This document shows positions 7,147 through 16,353 of a stretch of DNA of 23,558 nucleotides, piece by piece. Each line of letters starts with the position of its first letter. The first letter of the stretch is position 1. The stretch is from positions 1-23,558 of the forward strand of contig JANQHR010000053.1 in assembly GCA_028282585.1 (NCBI GenBank), read 5' to 3'. Under the pieces are notes generated by a model. The model was not told the DNA's origin. It did no database searches and saw only the letters and a program-made list of their open reading frames with translations. Position numbers and translations under genes: made by a program. The stretch is from Bacteroidales bacterium. Lineage in GTDB: Bacteria; Bacteroidota; Bacteroidia; Bacteroidales; UBA12077.

Positions 7147-7887
7147 TTAATTCAATCTCTGCTTTACAGCTTCGTACATTAAAATTGATGCTGCAACGGA
7201 TACATTCAAAGATTCAATCTCTCCCAAAATGGGGATTTTAACCATTTTATCCGCAACTTTTAAATATTCAAGAGCTACTCCACGATCCTCTGCACCCACT
7301 AAAATCGCTGTCGGTACAGTAAAATCAGTTTGGTAATATAATTCAGATGCCTTTTCTGTAGCAGCTACAATTTGCACACCACTTTCCTGTAAAAACTTTA
7401 TGGTCTTTGATAAGCTTTTTACCCTGCAAACAGGAATTTTATGTAAAGCTCCTGCAGATGTTTTAACAGCATCTGCTGAAATACGAGCTGATCCTTTTTC
7501 CGGAATTATGACCGCATCGACACTTGCACATTCTGCACTTCTCGTAATAGCCCCAAAATTTCTTACATCTGAAACTTTATCTAAAACAACAAACAAAGGC
7601 GTTTTTCCTGACTCAAATAAATTCGGTAAGATATTTTCAATATTCTGAAATTCAATAGGAGAGATAAATGCCAGTACACCCTGATGGTTCTTCATGGTTA
7701 CCCTGTTAATACGTTCATTTGGAACATATTGAACAGGAATTTGTAAATCCTTAACCAGTTCGATCAACTCAAAAAACAACTCTCCTTTCAATCCACTCTT
7801 AATCATCAACTTATCAATCTGTTTTCCTGATTTAATTGCTTCAATAACCGCTCTTATTCCAAATATAAAATCTTTATCCTGTTTCAT
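7147..7887 (-). CDS. rlmB: 23S rRNA (guanosine-2251-2'-O)-methyltransferase, SPOUT/TrmH family
   Basis: IFGIRAVIEA, NHQGV, LDKVSDVRNFGAITRSA, VGAEDRG and IESLNVSVAASILMYE SPOUT motifs. Confidence 0.92.
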   Translation of the reverse strand: MKQDKDFIFGIRAVIEAIKSGKQIDKLMIKSGLKGELFFELIELVKDLQIPVQYVPNERINRVTMKNHQGVLAFISPIEFQNIENILPNLFESGKTPLFVVLDKVSDVRNFGAITRSAECASVDAVIIPEKGSARISADAVKTSAGALHKIPVCRVKSLSKTIKFLQESGVQIVAATEKASELYYQTDFTVPTAILVGAEDRGVALEYLKVADKMVKIPILGEIESLNVSVAASILMYEAVKQRLN

Positions 7888-9179
7888 TCTAACCTTGTTT
7901 GAAAATAAATAATTTCACCTTTATTCCACATTTCCACCGCATTGTCCCAACCAGTATATTTTAATTTTTCCCTGTCTAACACGTAATGATTGAAAGTGAA
8001 AGGGTTTTCTTCATAATTAAATATAAACGTAATACCGGTACTAATACCTTCCGGATTATAAATCCATCTCTCCTCATCGCCAGATTTAAATAAATAATCT
8101 GGTAAACCATATATAATATAGATCATTCCCCGGTCTGTTTTCCAACCTTCTTTATAAGAAGTGAAATATTTATTAGCCAACATTACTCTATTATAATAAG
8201 CAATTAATAATTCTCTTGATTTGTCAATATTATTTGCTTTTGCCAGCCAAAAATCATCAACGGCTAATTTGGTTAACTTACCCGTTGAATCTGATCCAGG
8301 AATTGAATCAATATTTCCTAAATATTTAATAGGTTGTACAAGTTCCTTAGGGGTTCTTATTACCGGAAATTTTTCTCCATAATTAAATAATGCAACTCCA
8401 TTGTTATAATTTGATTCAAGTTTTTTTTCGGAAAAATAATATAATCCTTCTACTTTAAAATTCTCATAATTTATTGAGTCAAGATAACTAACCCAAACTG
8501 TATCTGCTAGCTGATTATTATCTATCAACGTATCTTCCATATATGGTGGTAAAGATGTATAAAAGTCATCTTTAAAGAAGTATACGTACATTGAATCAAT
8601 TTCTCTTTTAAAGTGTTTAATTCCAAACCTAAGTTTTGGCCTGATATATGAGTCAACTATGATTTCATTATTAGCTTTATTGTAATAGTAAAAGTCCTGC
8701 AGATTGTTTTCTTGAGTACGGTTAATTCTATAAAACGAATAATGACTATTTTTTCGATTGATATCTGTAGTTATAATCTCTAAAAGGTAATTTCCTCCTT
8801 TTTGGCTATTAACCTCAATTTCGACAGCTTCATATTGTTTCTTTGGATCTTTATCAAACTTAAATGTAATAGTAGAACTATCAACCAAATTTAGTTTATC
8901 GCTTAAATCATAGAGGTTATAAACAATCTGAACTTTTGATAAAAGTTTATTTCCAGGATTATTTTGATTAAATAATAATTCTTTTGTTTTTAGATACTCA
9001 ACAATAACCGAGCTTGTATCTGAGTTGCTATAAATCTTTATTTTCGGATGTAAGGTTGAACTTGACGGATCATAAATTCTCTCCAGATTCCGAGGTGCGG
9101 AGATTCTTTTATTTGTATTACATGAAATAGCAATCAACAAAATTAAAATCAAAACGGGATATTTTATTATTAATCGCAT
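7884..9179 (-). CDS. GWxTD-domain lipoprotein
   Basis: GWKTDRGMIYIIYGLPD...ERWIY motif. Lipoprotein signal MRLIIKYPVLILILLIAIS-C. 4-nt overlap with the rlmB start. Confidence 0.88.
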   Translation of the reverse strand: MRLIIKYPVLILILLIAISCNTNKRISAPRNLERIYDPSSSTLHPKIKIYSNSDTSSVIVEYLKTKELLFNQNNPGNKLLSKVQIVYNLYDLSDKLNLVDSSTITFKFDKDPKKQYEAVEIEVNSQKGGNYLLEIITTDINRKNSHYSFYRINRTQENNLQDFYYYNKANNEIIVDSYIRPKLRFGIKHFKREIDSMYVYFFKDDFYTSLPPYMEDTLIDNNQLADTVWVSYLDSINYENFKVEGLYYFSEKKLESNYNNGVALFNYGEKFPVIRTPKELVQPIKYLGNIDSIPGSDSTGKLTKLAVDDFWLAKANNIDKSRELLIAYYNRVMLANKYFTSYKEGWKTDRGMIYIIYGLPDYLFKSGDEERWIYNPEGISTGITFIFNYEENPFTFNHYVLDREKLKYTGWDNAVEMWNKGEIIYFQTRLE

Positions 9180-9211
9180 ATTCTTTATCAAGTTGAGAAT
9201 TATAAATATAG

Positions 9212-11152
9212 TTAAATTCTTTCTTGTTTCAATTCTTCAAGAATCTCCGTAAGTTCTTCCCACTTTTTCATTTCATTCTCAACCAGCTTTTTTAGCTCAT
9301 CATATTTAGAAAATAATGTAGGATCTTCATTCATTATATTCGGGTCAGATAGAATTGAACTTATTCTCTCCATTTCTGCCTCAGACTCTTCGATTCTTGC
9401 TTCACAATCCTTTACATTACTTTCTGCTTTTCTTATCTTTTTATCCAGCTCTTTACGTTCAAGGTATGATTGCTTATTAACAGAACCTTTTTTCTCTTTG
9501 TTTTGAACTACCTGCTTTTCTTTTTTTTCTAATTCCTTAAGGTTTTCCAATTTTCTTGTTCTCAAGAAATCATATATTCCACCTATATGTTGTTTAATCT
9601 TTTTATCTCGAAATTCATAGACCTTATCAATCAGTCCATCCAGAAACTCCCTGTCATGAGATACCAAAATTAAAGTTCCTTCGAAATCTTTTAGCGCTTT
9701 TTTAAGGATATCCTTCGAACGCATATCCAAATGATTGGTTGGCTCATCAAGCACTAACAAATTATACGGTTTCAATAATAATTTTGCCATTGATAAACGT
9801 GATCGTTCACCTCCCGATAAAACTTTCACTTTCTTATCAATATCCTCTCCTCCGAAAAGGAATGCGCCTAAAATATCTCTAATTTTAAGTCTAATATCAC
9901 CAACTGCAACATCGTCAATTGTTTGAAATACCGTTTTATTTTCATCCAGTAATTCATCCTGATTTTGAGCGAAATAACCTACTGAAACATTGTGACCAAT
10001 TTTCAATTCACCGTTATAATCCAAATCACCCACAATTATACGCGACAATGTTGTTTTCCCTTCTCCATTTCTTCCAACAAAAGCAATTTTCTCACCGCGG
10101 GTAACTGTCAGTTCAATATCTTTAAATACTGTTAAATCGCCATACTTTTTTGCCATATCTTTGGTCCGTACAACTAAATCTCCTGATCGAGGTGCAGGTG
10201 GAAACTTTATATTTATTGAACTTGTATCTAAATCATCAACTTCAATTCGTTCTATTTTTTCCAATTGTTTAATTCGAGATTGCACTTGAACTGCCTTTGT
10301 TGCCTTGTATCGAAAGCGTTCTATAAACTCTTCAGTTTCCTCAATCATTTTTTGCTGATTTCGATAGGCTGCTAATTGCTGTTCCCTTCTCTCCTTTCTC
10401 AAAACCTCATATTTTGAATATGGAGCATCATAATCATAGATCTTACCCATTGATATTTCTACCGTTCTTTTGGTTATATTATCCAAAAATGCACGGTCGT
10501 GAGAAATCAGAACAACTGCTCCCGGATAGTCTTTCAAAAAATCTTCAAACCATTGAATTGCTTCAATATCCAAATGATTTGTAGGCTCGTCTAAGAGTAA
10601 AACATTTGGTTTTTGAAGTAAGATTTTTGCCAGCTCAATTCGCATTCGCCATCCACCGCTAAACTCTGAAGTTGGTCGAGCAAAATCTGTCGATTTAAAC
10701 CCAAGGCCAACCAATGTTTGCTCAATACTTGCATCAATTGATCCTCCTCCTAATAACTGATAACGATCATTTGCTTCCGTCAAATCATGAATTAACCGGG
10801 AATATTCCGAAGATTCATAATCTGTTCTATCAGCTAACTGACTATTAATTTGTTTTATTTTCTCATCCAGTTTTAATACCTCTGAAAAAGCTTCGCGAGC
10901 TTCGTCAAAAACATTTCGTTGATCTTTAATAGTCATATTTTGAGGCAAATAACCAATAGTAACATCAGATGGAACAATTACGGTCCCTTTGCTTGGCGCC
11001 TGTAAACCCATAAATATTCTTAAGAGTGTAGATTTTCCTGCACCATTCTTCCCAACTAATCCAATTCTATCTTTTGGATTAATTAAAAACGTTACATCAT
11101 TAAATAACTGAAATGCTCCAAATTCAACGCTTAACTGCTCAACAGAAATCAT
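9212..11152 (-). CDS. ABC-F family ribosome-associated ATPase
   Basis: Two ABC domains (GKNGAGKST / FSGGW / LLLDEPTNHLD and GRNGEGKTT / LSGGE / VLDEPTNHLD), an interdomain linker, a C-terminal coiled coil and no TM segments. Start placed at ATG 11152 because the longer TTG start overlaps the promoter box. Confidence 0.93.
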   Translation of the reverse strand: MISVEQLSVEFGAFQLFNDVTFLINPKDRIGLVGKNGAGKSTLLRIFMGLQAPSKGTVIVPSDVTIGYLPQNMTIKDQRNVFDEAREAFSEVLKLDEKIKQINSQLADRTDYESSEYSRLIHDLTEANDRYQLLGGGSIDASIEQTLVGLGFKSTDFARPTSEFSGGWRMRIELAKILLQKPNVLLLDEPTNHLDIEAIQWFEDFLKDYPGAVVLISHDRAFLDNITKRTVEISMGKIYDYDAPYSKYEVLRKERREQQLAAYRNQQKMIEETEEFIERFRYKATKAVQVQSRIKQLEKIERIEVDDLDTSSINIKFPPAPRSGDLVVRTKDMAKKYGDLTVFKDIELTVTRGEKIAFVGRNGEGKTTLSRIIVGDLDYNGELKIGHNVSVGYFAQNQDELLDENKTVFQTIDDVAVGDIRLKIRDILGAFLFGGEDIDKKVKVLSGGERSRLSMAKLLLKPYNLLVLDEPTNHLDMRSKDILKKALKDFEGTLILVSHDREFLDGLIDKVYEFRDKKIKQHIGGIYDFLRTRKLENLKELEKKEKQVVQNKEKKGSVNKQSYLERKELDKKIRKAESNVKDCEARIEESEAEMERISSILSDPNIMNEDPTLFSKYDELKKLVENEMKKWEELTEILEELKQERI

Positions 11153-11167
11153 AAAAAATAATTTTCG

Positions 11168-11175
11168 CAAAGATA
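11168..11175 (-). promoter_or_regulatory. Bacteroidota primary-sigma -7 element (TATCTTTG) for the ABC-F/GWxTD/rlmB unit
   Basis: Exact TAnnTTTG on the minus strand, 15 nt upstream of ATG 11152. Confidence 0.7.
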
Positions 11176-11181
11176 AAAAAA

Positions 11182-11216
11182 ACAGAATACAGAAGTTAGA
11201 ATAAAGGAGTCAGAAG
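11182..11216. repeat. Degenerate heptamer tandem repeat
   Basis: ACAGAAT ACAGAAG TTAGAAT AAAGGAG TCAGAAG, lying between two divergent promoter boxes. Confidence 0.45.
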
Positions 11217-11276
11217 TCTATACAATTGTCAATTCTACTTGCTTTGAAATTTTAACTTTAAAATCTAAACTTTCTT

Positions 11277-11284
11277 TATCTTTG
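11277..11284 (+). promoter_or_regulatory. Bacteroidota primary-sigma -7 element (TATCTTTG) for rlmD
   Basis: Exact TAnnTTTG, 22 nt upstream of the GTG start at 11307. No well-spaced -33 TTTG found. Confidence 0.7.
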
Positions 11285-11306
11285 CCCAAATTTTAATTAC
11301 AGAAAC

Positions 11307-12716
11307 GTGGGAAGAAGAAAGAAACCGTTACCTTTAATTGAAAAGGTTGAAATAATTGATGTTGCAGCAGAAGGAAAAGCAATTGCCAAAATTGAAAATA
11401 AAGTTTTATTTATAACACAGGTAGTTCCTGGTGATGTTGTTGATGTTCAGGTAACCAAAAAACGAAAAAGCTTTATGGAAGGTATACCTGTCAAGTTCCA
11501 TAAACATTCGGATATTAAAGTAGAAGCTTTTTGTGAACATTTTGGCGTTTGCGGAGGGTGTAAATGGCAAAATCTTCCATACGAAGAACAATTAAAATAT
11601 AAACACCAACAAGTAATAGATAATCTGGAAAGAATAGCTAAAGTAGATTTACCTGAAATCGATTATATTCTTCCGTCAGAAAATACAACGTATTATAGAA
11701 ATAAACTTGAGTTTACTTTTTCTAATAATCGTTGGTTAACTAAAGATGAAATTAATTCAGAAAAGAAACTGGATAGAAGTAATGCTCTTGGTTTTCATGT
11801 GCCCAAAATTTGGGATAAAATTGTAAATATTAATACATGTTATTTGCAAAAGGATCCTTCCAACGCCATAAGATTAGAAGTGAAAAAATATGCAGATAAA
11901 AATAATCTTTCCTATTTTGATTTAAGAAAACAAGAAGGTTTGTTAAGAAATTTAATCATAAGAACATCTACTACCGGTGAACTAATGATTATTATGGTCT
12001 TTTATTATGATGATCAAAAGGAAATAACCAATTTACTTAATTATATTTCGGATAAATTTCCAAAAATTACTTCCTTAATGTATATCGTAAATTCCAAATC
12101 AAATGACTCTTATACTGATCAAAATGTAAAGCTATTCAAAGGAAAAGATTACTTTTTTGAACAAATGGAAGACCTAAAATTTAAAATCGGTCCTAAATCT
12201 TTCTACCAAACAAATTCTGAACAGGCTTACAACTTATATAAGTTTGCCAGGGAGTTTGCAGATTTAAAAGGCAAAGAAATCGTGTATGATCTATATACGG
12301 GAACAGGAACTATTGCAAATTTCGTAGCTAAAAAAGCTAAAAAAGTTATTGGAATTGAGTATGTTCCTGAAGCAATTGAAGATGCTAAAGTAAACTCGGA
12401 TATTAATCAGATTTCTAATACAGAGTTTTTTGCAGGTGATATGAAAGATATATTAACAAACTCATTCATCGAGAAACATGGAAAGCCTGATGTAATTATT
12501 ACAGATCCTCCTCGTGCCGGGATGCATCCTGATGTTGTTAACTCACTGTTAAAAGCAAATCCTCCAAAAATAGTTTATGTAAGTTGCAATCCGGCTACTC
12601 AAGCGCGTGACATCAATTTATTAGATGCAAATTATAAAGTTACAAAGGTGCAACCTGTCGATATGTTTCCCCACACATATCATGTAGAGAATATTGTATT
12701 ATTGGAACTTCGCTAG
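11307..12716 (+). CDS. rlmD: 23S rRNA (uracil-1939-C5)-methyltransferase
   Basis: TRAM domain, Fe-S motif CEHFGVCGGC, YRNKLEF, SFYQTN, DLYTGTGTI, DPPRAG, YVSCNPATQARD and DMFPHTYHVE. Confidence 0.93.
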   Translation: MGRRKKPLPLIEKVEIIDVAAEGKAIAKIENKVLFITQVVPGDVVDVQVTKKRKSFMEGIPVKFHKHSDIKVEAFCEHFGVCGGCKWQNLPYEEQLKYKHQQVIDNLERIAKVDLPEIDYILPSENTTYYRNKLEFTFSNNRWLTKDEINSEKKLDRSNALGFHVPKIWDKIVNINTCYLQKDPSNAIRLEVKKYADKNNLSYFDLRKQEGLLRNLIIRTSTTGELMIIMVFYYDDQKEITNLLNYISDKFPKITSLMYIVNSKSNDSYTDQNVKLFKGKDYFFEQMEDLKFKIGPKSFYQTNSEQAYNLYKFAREFADLKGKEIVYDLYTGTGTIANFVAKKAKKVIGIEYVPEAIEDAKVNSDINQISNTEFFAGDMKDILTNSFIEKHGKPDVIITDPPRAGMHPDVVNSLLKANPPKIVYVSCNPATQARDINLLDANYKVTKVQPVDMFPHTYHVENIVLLELR

Positions 12717-12876
12717 TTATTTGCTAAAGATTTATCGCCATAAATATTTAATTATGCGTTATCTGTCAATAAATCACGGATATCATGTATAATTTTTGAT
12801 TTTATTTTAATATATTAGTATACCTATTGCCGAACGCCTTATCAAGCAAGATTTTGGTTATTTATTTGAAATCGAA

Positions 12877-14268
12877 ATGAAACAAGATATTTCAGCTTCA
12901 AAAAAAAAGAAAAGTTATGGCTACACAGATATTCTTTTTGGTAATAGAGAAGAATATAGTCTGGAGCATCGTTTCTTTAACTCGGTTAGTTTATTTTCTG
13001 CATTAGCTGCATGTTTTGCTAGTATTACAAACCTTGCTCTACAGCTAGATCTAAAACTTACGTTATTTACTATTATCTCTACTTTTATTCTTTTTATGTT
13101 TTATTATTTATCACGTAAAAAGAAAATCTACAAAACACTTATTACGCCGTTCATAATATATTCACTGATTGTTCTTTCTACGGTTTGGTTTTTTAATGCA
13201 GGTTCAGAAGGTCCGGTTGTATTTGTTTATTTGGTTGGATTAGTACTTTTTATTATTATAACAGAAGGAAAAAATAGAATAATAACCATTTCATGCTTTT
13301 TATTGAATTTGTTGTTTCTTTTTTATATGGAAAAAAGATTTCCAAATCTTATTACACCTTATGAGAGCGATTTTATTAAATTTTATGATGTTACCATAAC
13401 GTTTCTGTTTTCATTTGTTCTGATTTATTTTGTTGTTGCTATTTTAGTAAAAAGTTATCGCGAAGAGAAGGCTATTTCAACCTTACAACAAGATGAACTT
13501 ATTTTTCAGAAAAACCAGATTACCGATAGTATTCAATATGCAAAGAGTTTGCAAAAAGGGTTGCTTACACAAAGAAAAGCAATAGAAAAAATTCTACCTG
13601 ATCATTTTATTTTATACTCGCCAAAGGATATTGTAAGTGGTGATTTTTACTGGGTAAAGAAAATTAGAGATGTGATCATTATAGCAGCGGCTGATTGCAC
13701 AGGACATGGAGTTCCGGGAGCTTTCATGAGTGTTTTGGGAATATCTTTACTAAACGAAATTGTAAGAAGAAAAGAAATTCTTAAAGCTAATCAGGCACTA
13801 GAAGTTTTAAGACATGAGCTTAAAGAAGCCTTGCACCAATCAGAAGAAGACTATTCATACAATAATGGTATGGACATCGCTCTTTGTGTTATAGATAGAA
13901 AACAAAAAACAATGCAATATTCGGGTGCAAATGCACCATTATATCTGATTAGAGATAATAAACTTATTGAATTTAAGCCTACACGTAATCCCATAGGGCT
14001 AACACCTCTTGAAATACCATTTCTAAATCATGAGATTGAATATGATGAGAAAGACAGTTTCTATTTATTCTCTGATGGATTTATGGACCAATTTGGAGGT
14101 GATGAAGGGAAAAAATTTCGTTCACGAAGGTTTAAACGTCTCTTATTAGACATTCACGACAAACCATTTGAAAATCAAAAAGATAACCTAAGGTTAAGCT
14201 TGACAAAATGGATGGGAAACAAGTATGATCAGGTAGATGATATAATGATCTTAGGATTTAGACCGTAG
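12877..14268 (+). CDS. Membrane-bound PP2C/SpoIIE (RsbU-like) serine phosphatase
   Basis: About six N-terminal TM helices, then SIQYAKSLQ, PKDIVSGDFYW, AADCTGHGVPGAFMS, GMDIA, FSDGFMDQFGG and QVDDI. Confidence 0.9.
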   Translation: MKQDISASKKKKSYGYTDILFGNREEYSLEHRFFNSVSLFSALAACFASITNLALQLDLKLTLFTIISTFILFMFYYLSRKKKIYKTLITPFIIYSLIVLSTVWFFNAGSEGPVVFVYLVGLVLFIIITEGKNRIITISCFLLNLLFLFYMEKRFPNLITPYESDFIKFYDVTITFLFSFVLIYFVVAILVKSYREEKAISTLQQDELIFQKNQITDSIQYAKSLQKGLLTQRKAIEKILPDHFILYSPKDIVSGDFYWVKKIRDVIIIAAADCTGHGVPGAFMSVLGISLLNEIVRRKEILKANQALEVLRHELKEALHQSEEDYSYNNGMDIALCVIDRKQKTMQYSGANAPLYLIRDNKLIEFKPTRNPIGLTPLEIPFLNHEIEYDEKDSFYLFSDGFMDQFGGDEGKKFRSRRFKRLLLDIHDKPFENQKDNLRLSLTKWMGNKYDQVDDIMILGFRP

Positions 14269-14373
14269 ATACAAGTTAAAAAAGAATAAGGCATTACAAT
14301 AATCCTGATGGCAATTAGGAGAATGACCTTGCCTGCTAAAGGCTTATAATCTATTAATTACCAAAATAAAAAG

Positions 14374-14412
14374 ATTGCTTCATCCTGACGTTTATAGTTA
14401 GGATGAAGCAAT
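14374..14412. repeat. 16-bp stem-loop (REP-like palindrome or terminator) between convergent genes
   Basis: ATTGCTTCATCCTGAC-gtttata-GTTAGGATGAAGCAAT, with one G:U pair on the + strand and no immediate U-tract on + strand. Confidence 0.7.
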
Positions 14413-14466
14413 GAGGTCTTCGAGTCTTTTTGGATACCCTTATGATTTAATTACACTTTGTATTTA

Positions 14467-16188
14467 TTATTTAATCTTTTCCGGAATCTTAATATCCGGA
14501 TGCTCCTTTTTAAACACACTCCAGTAGTTCTTAATTGTTGATTTAACTTCACGTTGTAATAATAAAATCCCTATTAAATTTGGAATTGCCATAAATACAA
14601 CTGTTAAAAGTGACAAGTTCCATATTATTGTTGTATCGGTAAATCCTGCAAAGAAGAATCCTACCACATAAAAAAGTCGATAAAAAACAACATATTTGGA
14701 TCCAAACAGGAATGTAACAGATCTATCACCATAATATGACCAGGATATTGCAGTTGAGAACGCAAATAACATTAAGCCAATTGATACTATATATTTACCC
14801 CATTCTCCAAAGAAACTTCGCGTAAATGCTTTTGCCGTTAACGGTGCACTATGTATCAACGATTTTCCGAAGAATGTTACATTCTCTTCTCTATTCTCAA
14901 TCTTTCCTTCGGTGATTTTTATTTCGCCGGTGAACGGCTGTTGGTTTAACAATACTTTAATATCTTCTGCTACCGACCTTGCATGAACGATAGTTAAATC
15001 ATTCTGAATTTCGCCTTCGTTAATCTGTAAATTACCATTAAATAAAGGTAAAGCCGTTTTCTTTGAAATATGATCGTAAATTGCCTTTTTATCATCGTCA
15101 GATTCACCATCATAAGAGTTCGAAAAAACTATCATGTCTGTGTTCTGGAACTGATTATCTAATTTCTCATTCCATACTCCCGAAGATAACAATACTAATC
15201 CTGTTATAGTGCAAATAATAATAGTATCAATAAATGGTTCTAAAATTGCAACTAATCCTTCAGAAACCGGTTCATGTGCTCTTGCAGCCGAGTGTGCAAT
15301 TGGTGCGGAACCCTGCCCTGCTTCATTTGAAAATAATCCACGGTTAACACCTTGATTAAACATAAATGCAAAACTTGCTCCTAAGAATCCTCCTACGGCA
15401 GCCTGTCCGGAAAATACATTTGAAAAAATAGCTCCAAAAGACGGAATAATATTTTGGTAATTGGCAATGATAACTGCAAATGCGCCAATCAAATAAATTA
15501 ATGCCATACCAGGAACCAAACGTTCCGTTACTTTTGCAATTCTTTTAATTCCGCCAATAATTACAAAAGCTAATAAAACCGCCATAACAGCACCTGTAAT
15601 AATCCTTTCAATACCAAAGGTCGCTAAAACAGAATCAGTTATACTATTTATCTGTGGCATACTTCCGGAGCCAAATGAAGATAAAATAGTAGCGGCTGCG
15701 AAAAAGATTCCAATCCACTTACCTGTTTTTATTACTTTTCCATTCTTCAGATTAATATTTAATCTCTTTTTCATATAATACATTGGCCCACCGGCTACTT
15801 GTCCTCTTTTATCAAAATCTCTGTATTTATGCGAAAGCGTTACCTCAACAAACTTGGTACACATACCAAAAAACGCCGTTACTAACATCCAAAATAAAGC
15901 TGCAGGACCGCCCATATGAATTGCTAATGCAACACCTGCAATATTTCCTGTTCCTACAGTTCCGGAAAGTGCTGTTGTTAGAGCCTGAAAATGCGATGTA
16001 TCTCCCTTATCTCCTTTTTTATCAAATTTGCCCCTTACAATTCGAATCGCATGTTTAAAATACCTTAATTGTGGAAATTTCAAATACAATGTAAAAAATA
16101 AACCTGTACCAACTAAAAGAAATACAAACCACGGATGTCCTCCTAAAACGCTGTGTAGAGTTTGAAAAAAATTATTAAGTTGTTGCAT
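14467..16188 (-). CDS. Alanine/glycine:cation symporter (AGCS/AlsT family)
   Basis: FQALTTALSGTVGTGNIAGVA, GGPAALFWM, GGPMYY, GGIKRIA, RGLFSNEAGQGSAPIAH, EPFIDTIIICT, FAFST..SWSYYG and MAIPNLI. Confidence 0.93.
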   Translation of the reverse strand: MQQLNNFFQTLHSVLGGHPWFVFLLVGTGLFFTLYLKFPQLRYFKHAIRIVRGKFDKKGDKGDTSHFQALTTALSGTVGTGNIAGVALAIHMGGPAALFWMLVTAFFGMCTKFVEVTLSHKYRDFDKRGQVAGGPMYYMKKRLNINLKNGKVIKTGKWIGIFFAAATILSSFGSGSMPQINSITDSVLATFGIERIITGAVMAVLLAFVIIGGIKRIAKVTERLVPGMALIYLIGAFAVIIANYQNIIPSFGAIFSNVFSGQAAVGGFLGASFAFMFNQGVNRGLFSNEAGQGSAPIAHSAARAHEPVSEGLVAILEPFIDTIIICTITGLVLLSSGVWNEKLDNQFQNTDMIVFSNSYDGESDDDKKAIYDHISKKTALPLFNGNLQINEGEIQNDLTIVHARSVAEDIKVLLNQQPFTGEIKITEGKIENREENVTFFGKSLIHSAPLTAKAFTRSFFGEWGKYIVSIGLMLFAFSTAISWSYYGDRSVTFLFGSKYVVFYRLFYVVGFFFAGFTDTTIIWNLSLLTVVFMAIPNLIGILLLQREVKSTIKNYWSVFKKEHPDIKIPEKIK

Positions 16189-16301
16189 GATTTTTAAATT
16201 CAGTTAGATAAAAAATGATAAGTTAACAAATGTACTAATATTTGTTAAAGTTCAAAATTTGATTTTTCGATAGATTGGATATTAAATTTTGAAAATAGTT
16301 T

Positions 16302-16332
16302 AAAAAAAAGCCCGAATAAATTCGAGCTTTTT
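16302..16332 (-). terminator. Intrinsic terminator of the efflux operon
   Basis: Minus strand reads AAAAGCTCGAA-ttta-TTCGGGC-TTTTTTTT, about 20 nt after the adaptor stop. Confidence 0.8.
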
Positions 16333-16353
16333 AACTAATTAGTAATTCCAATC

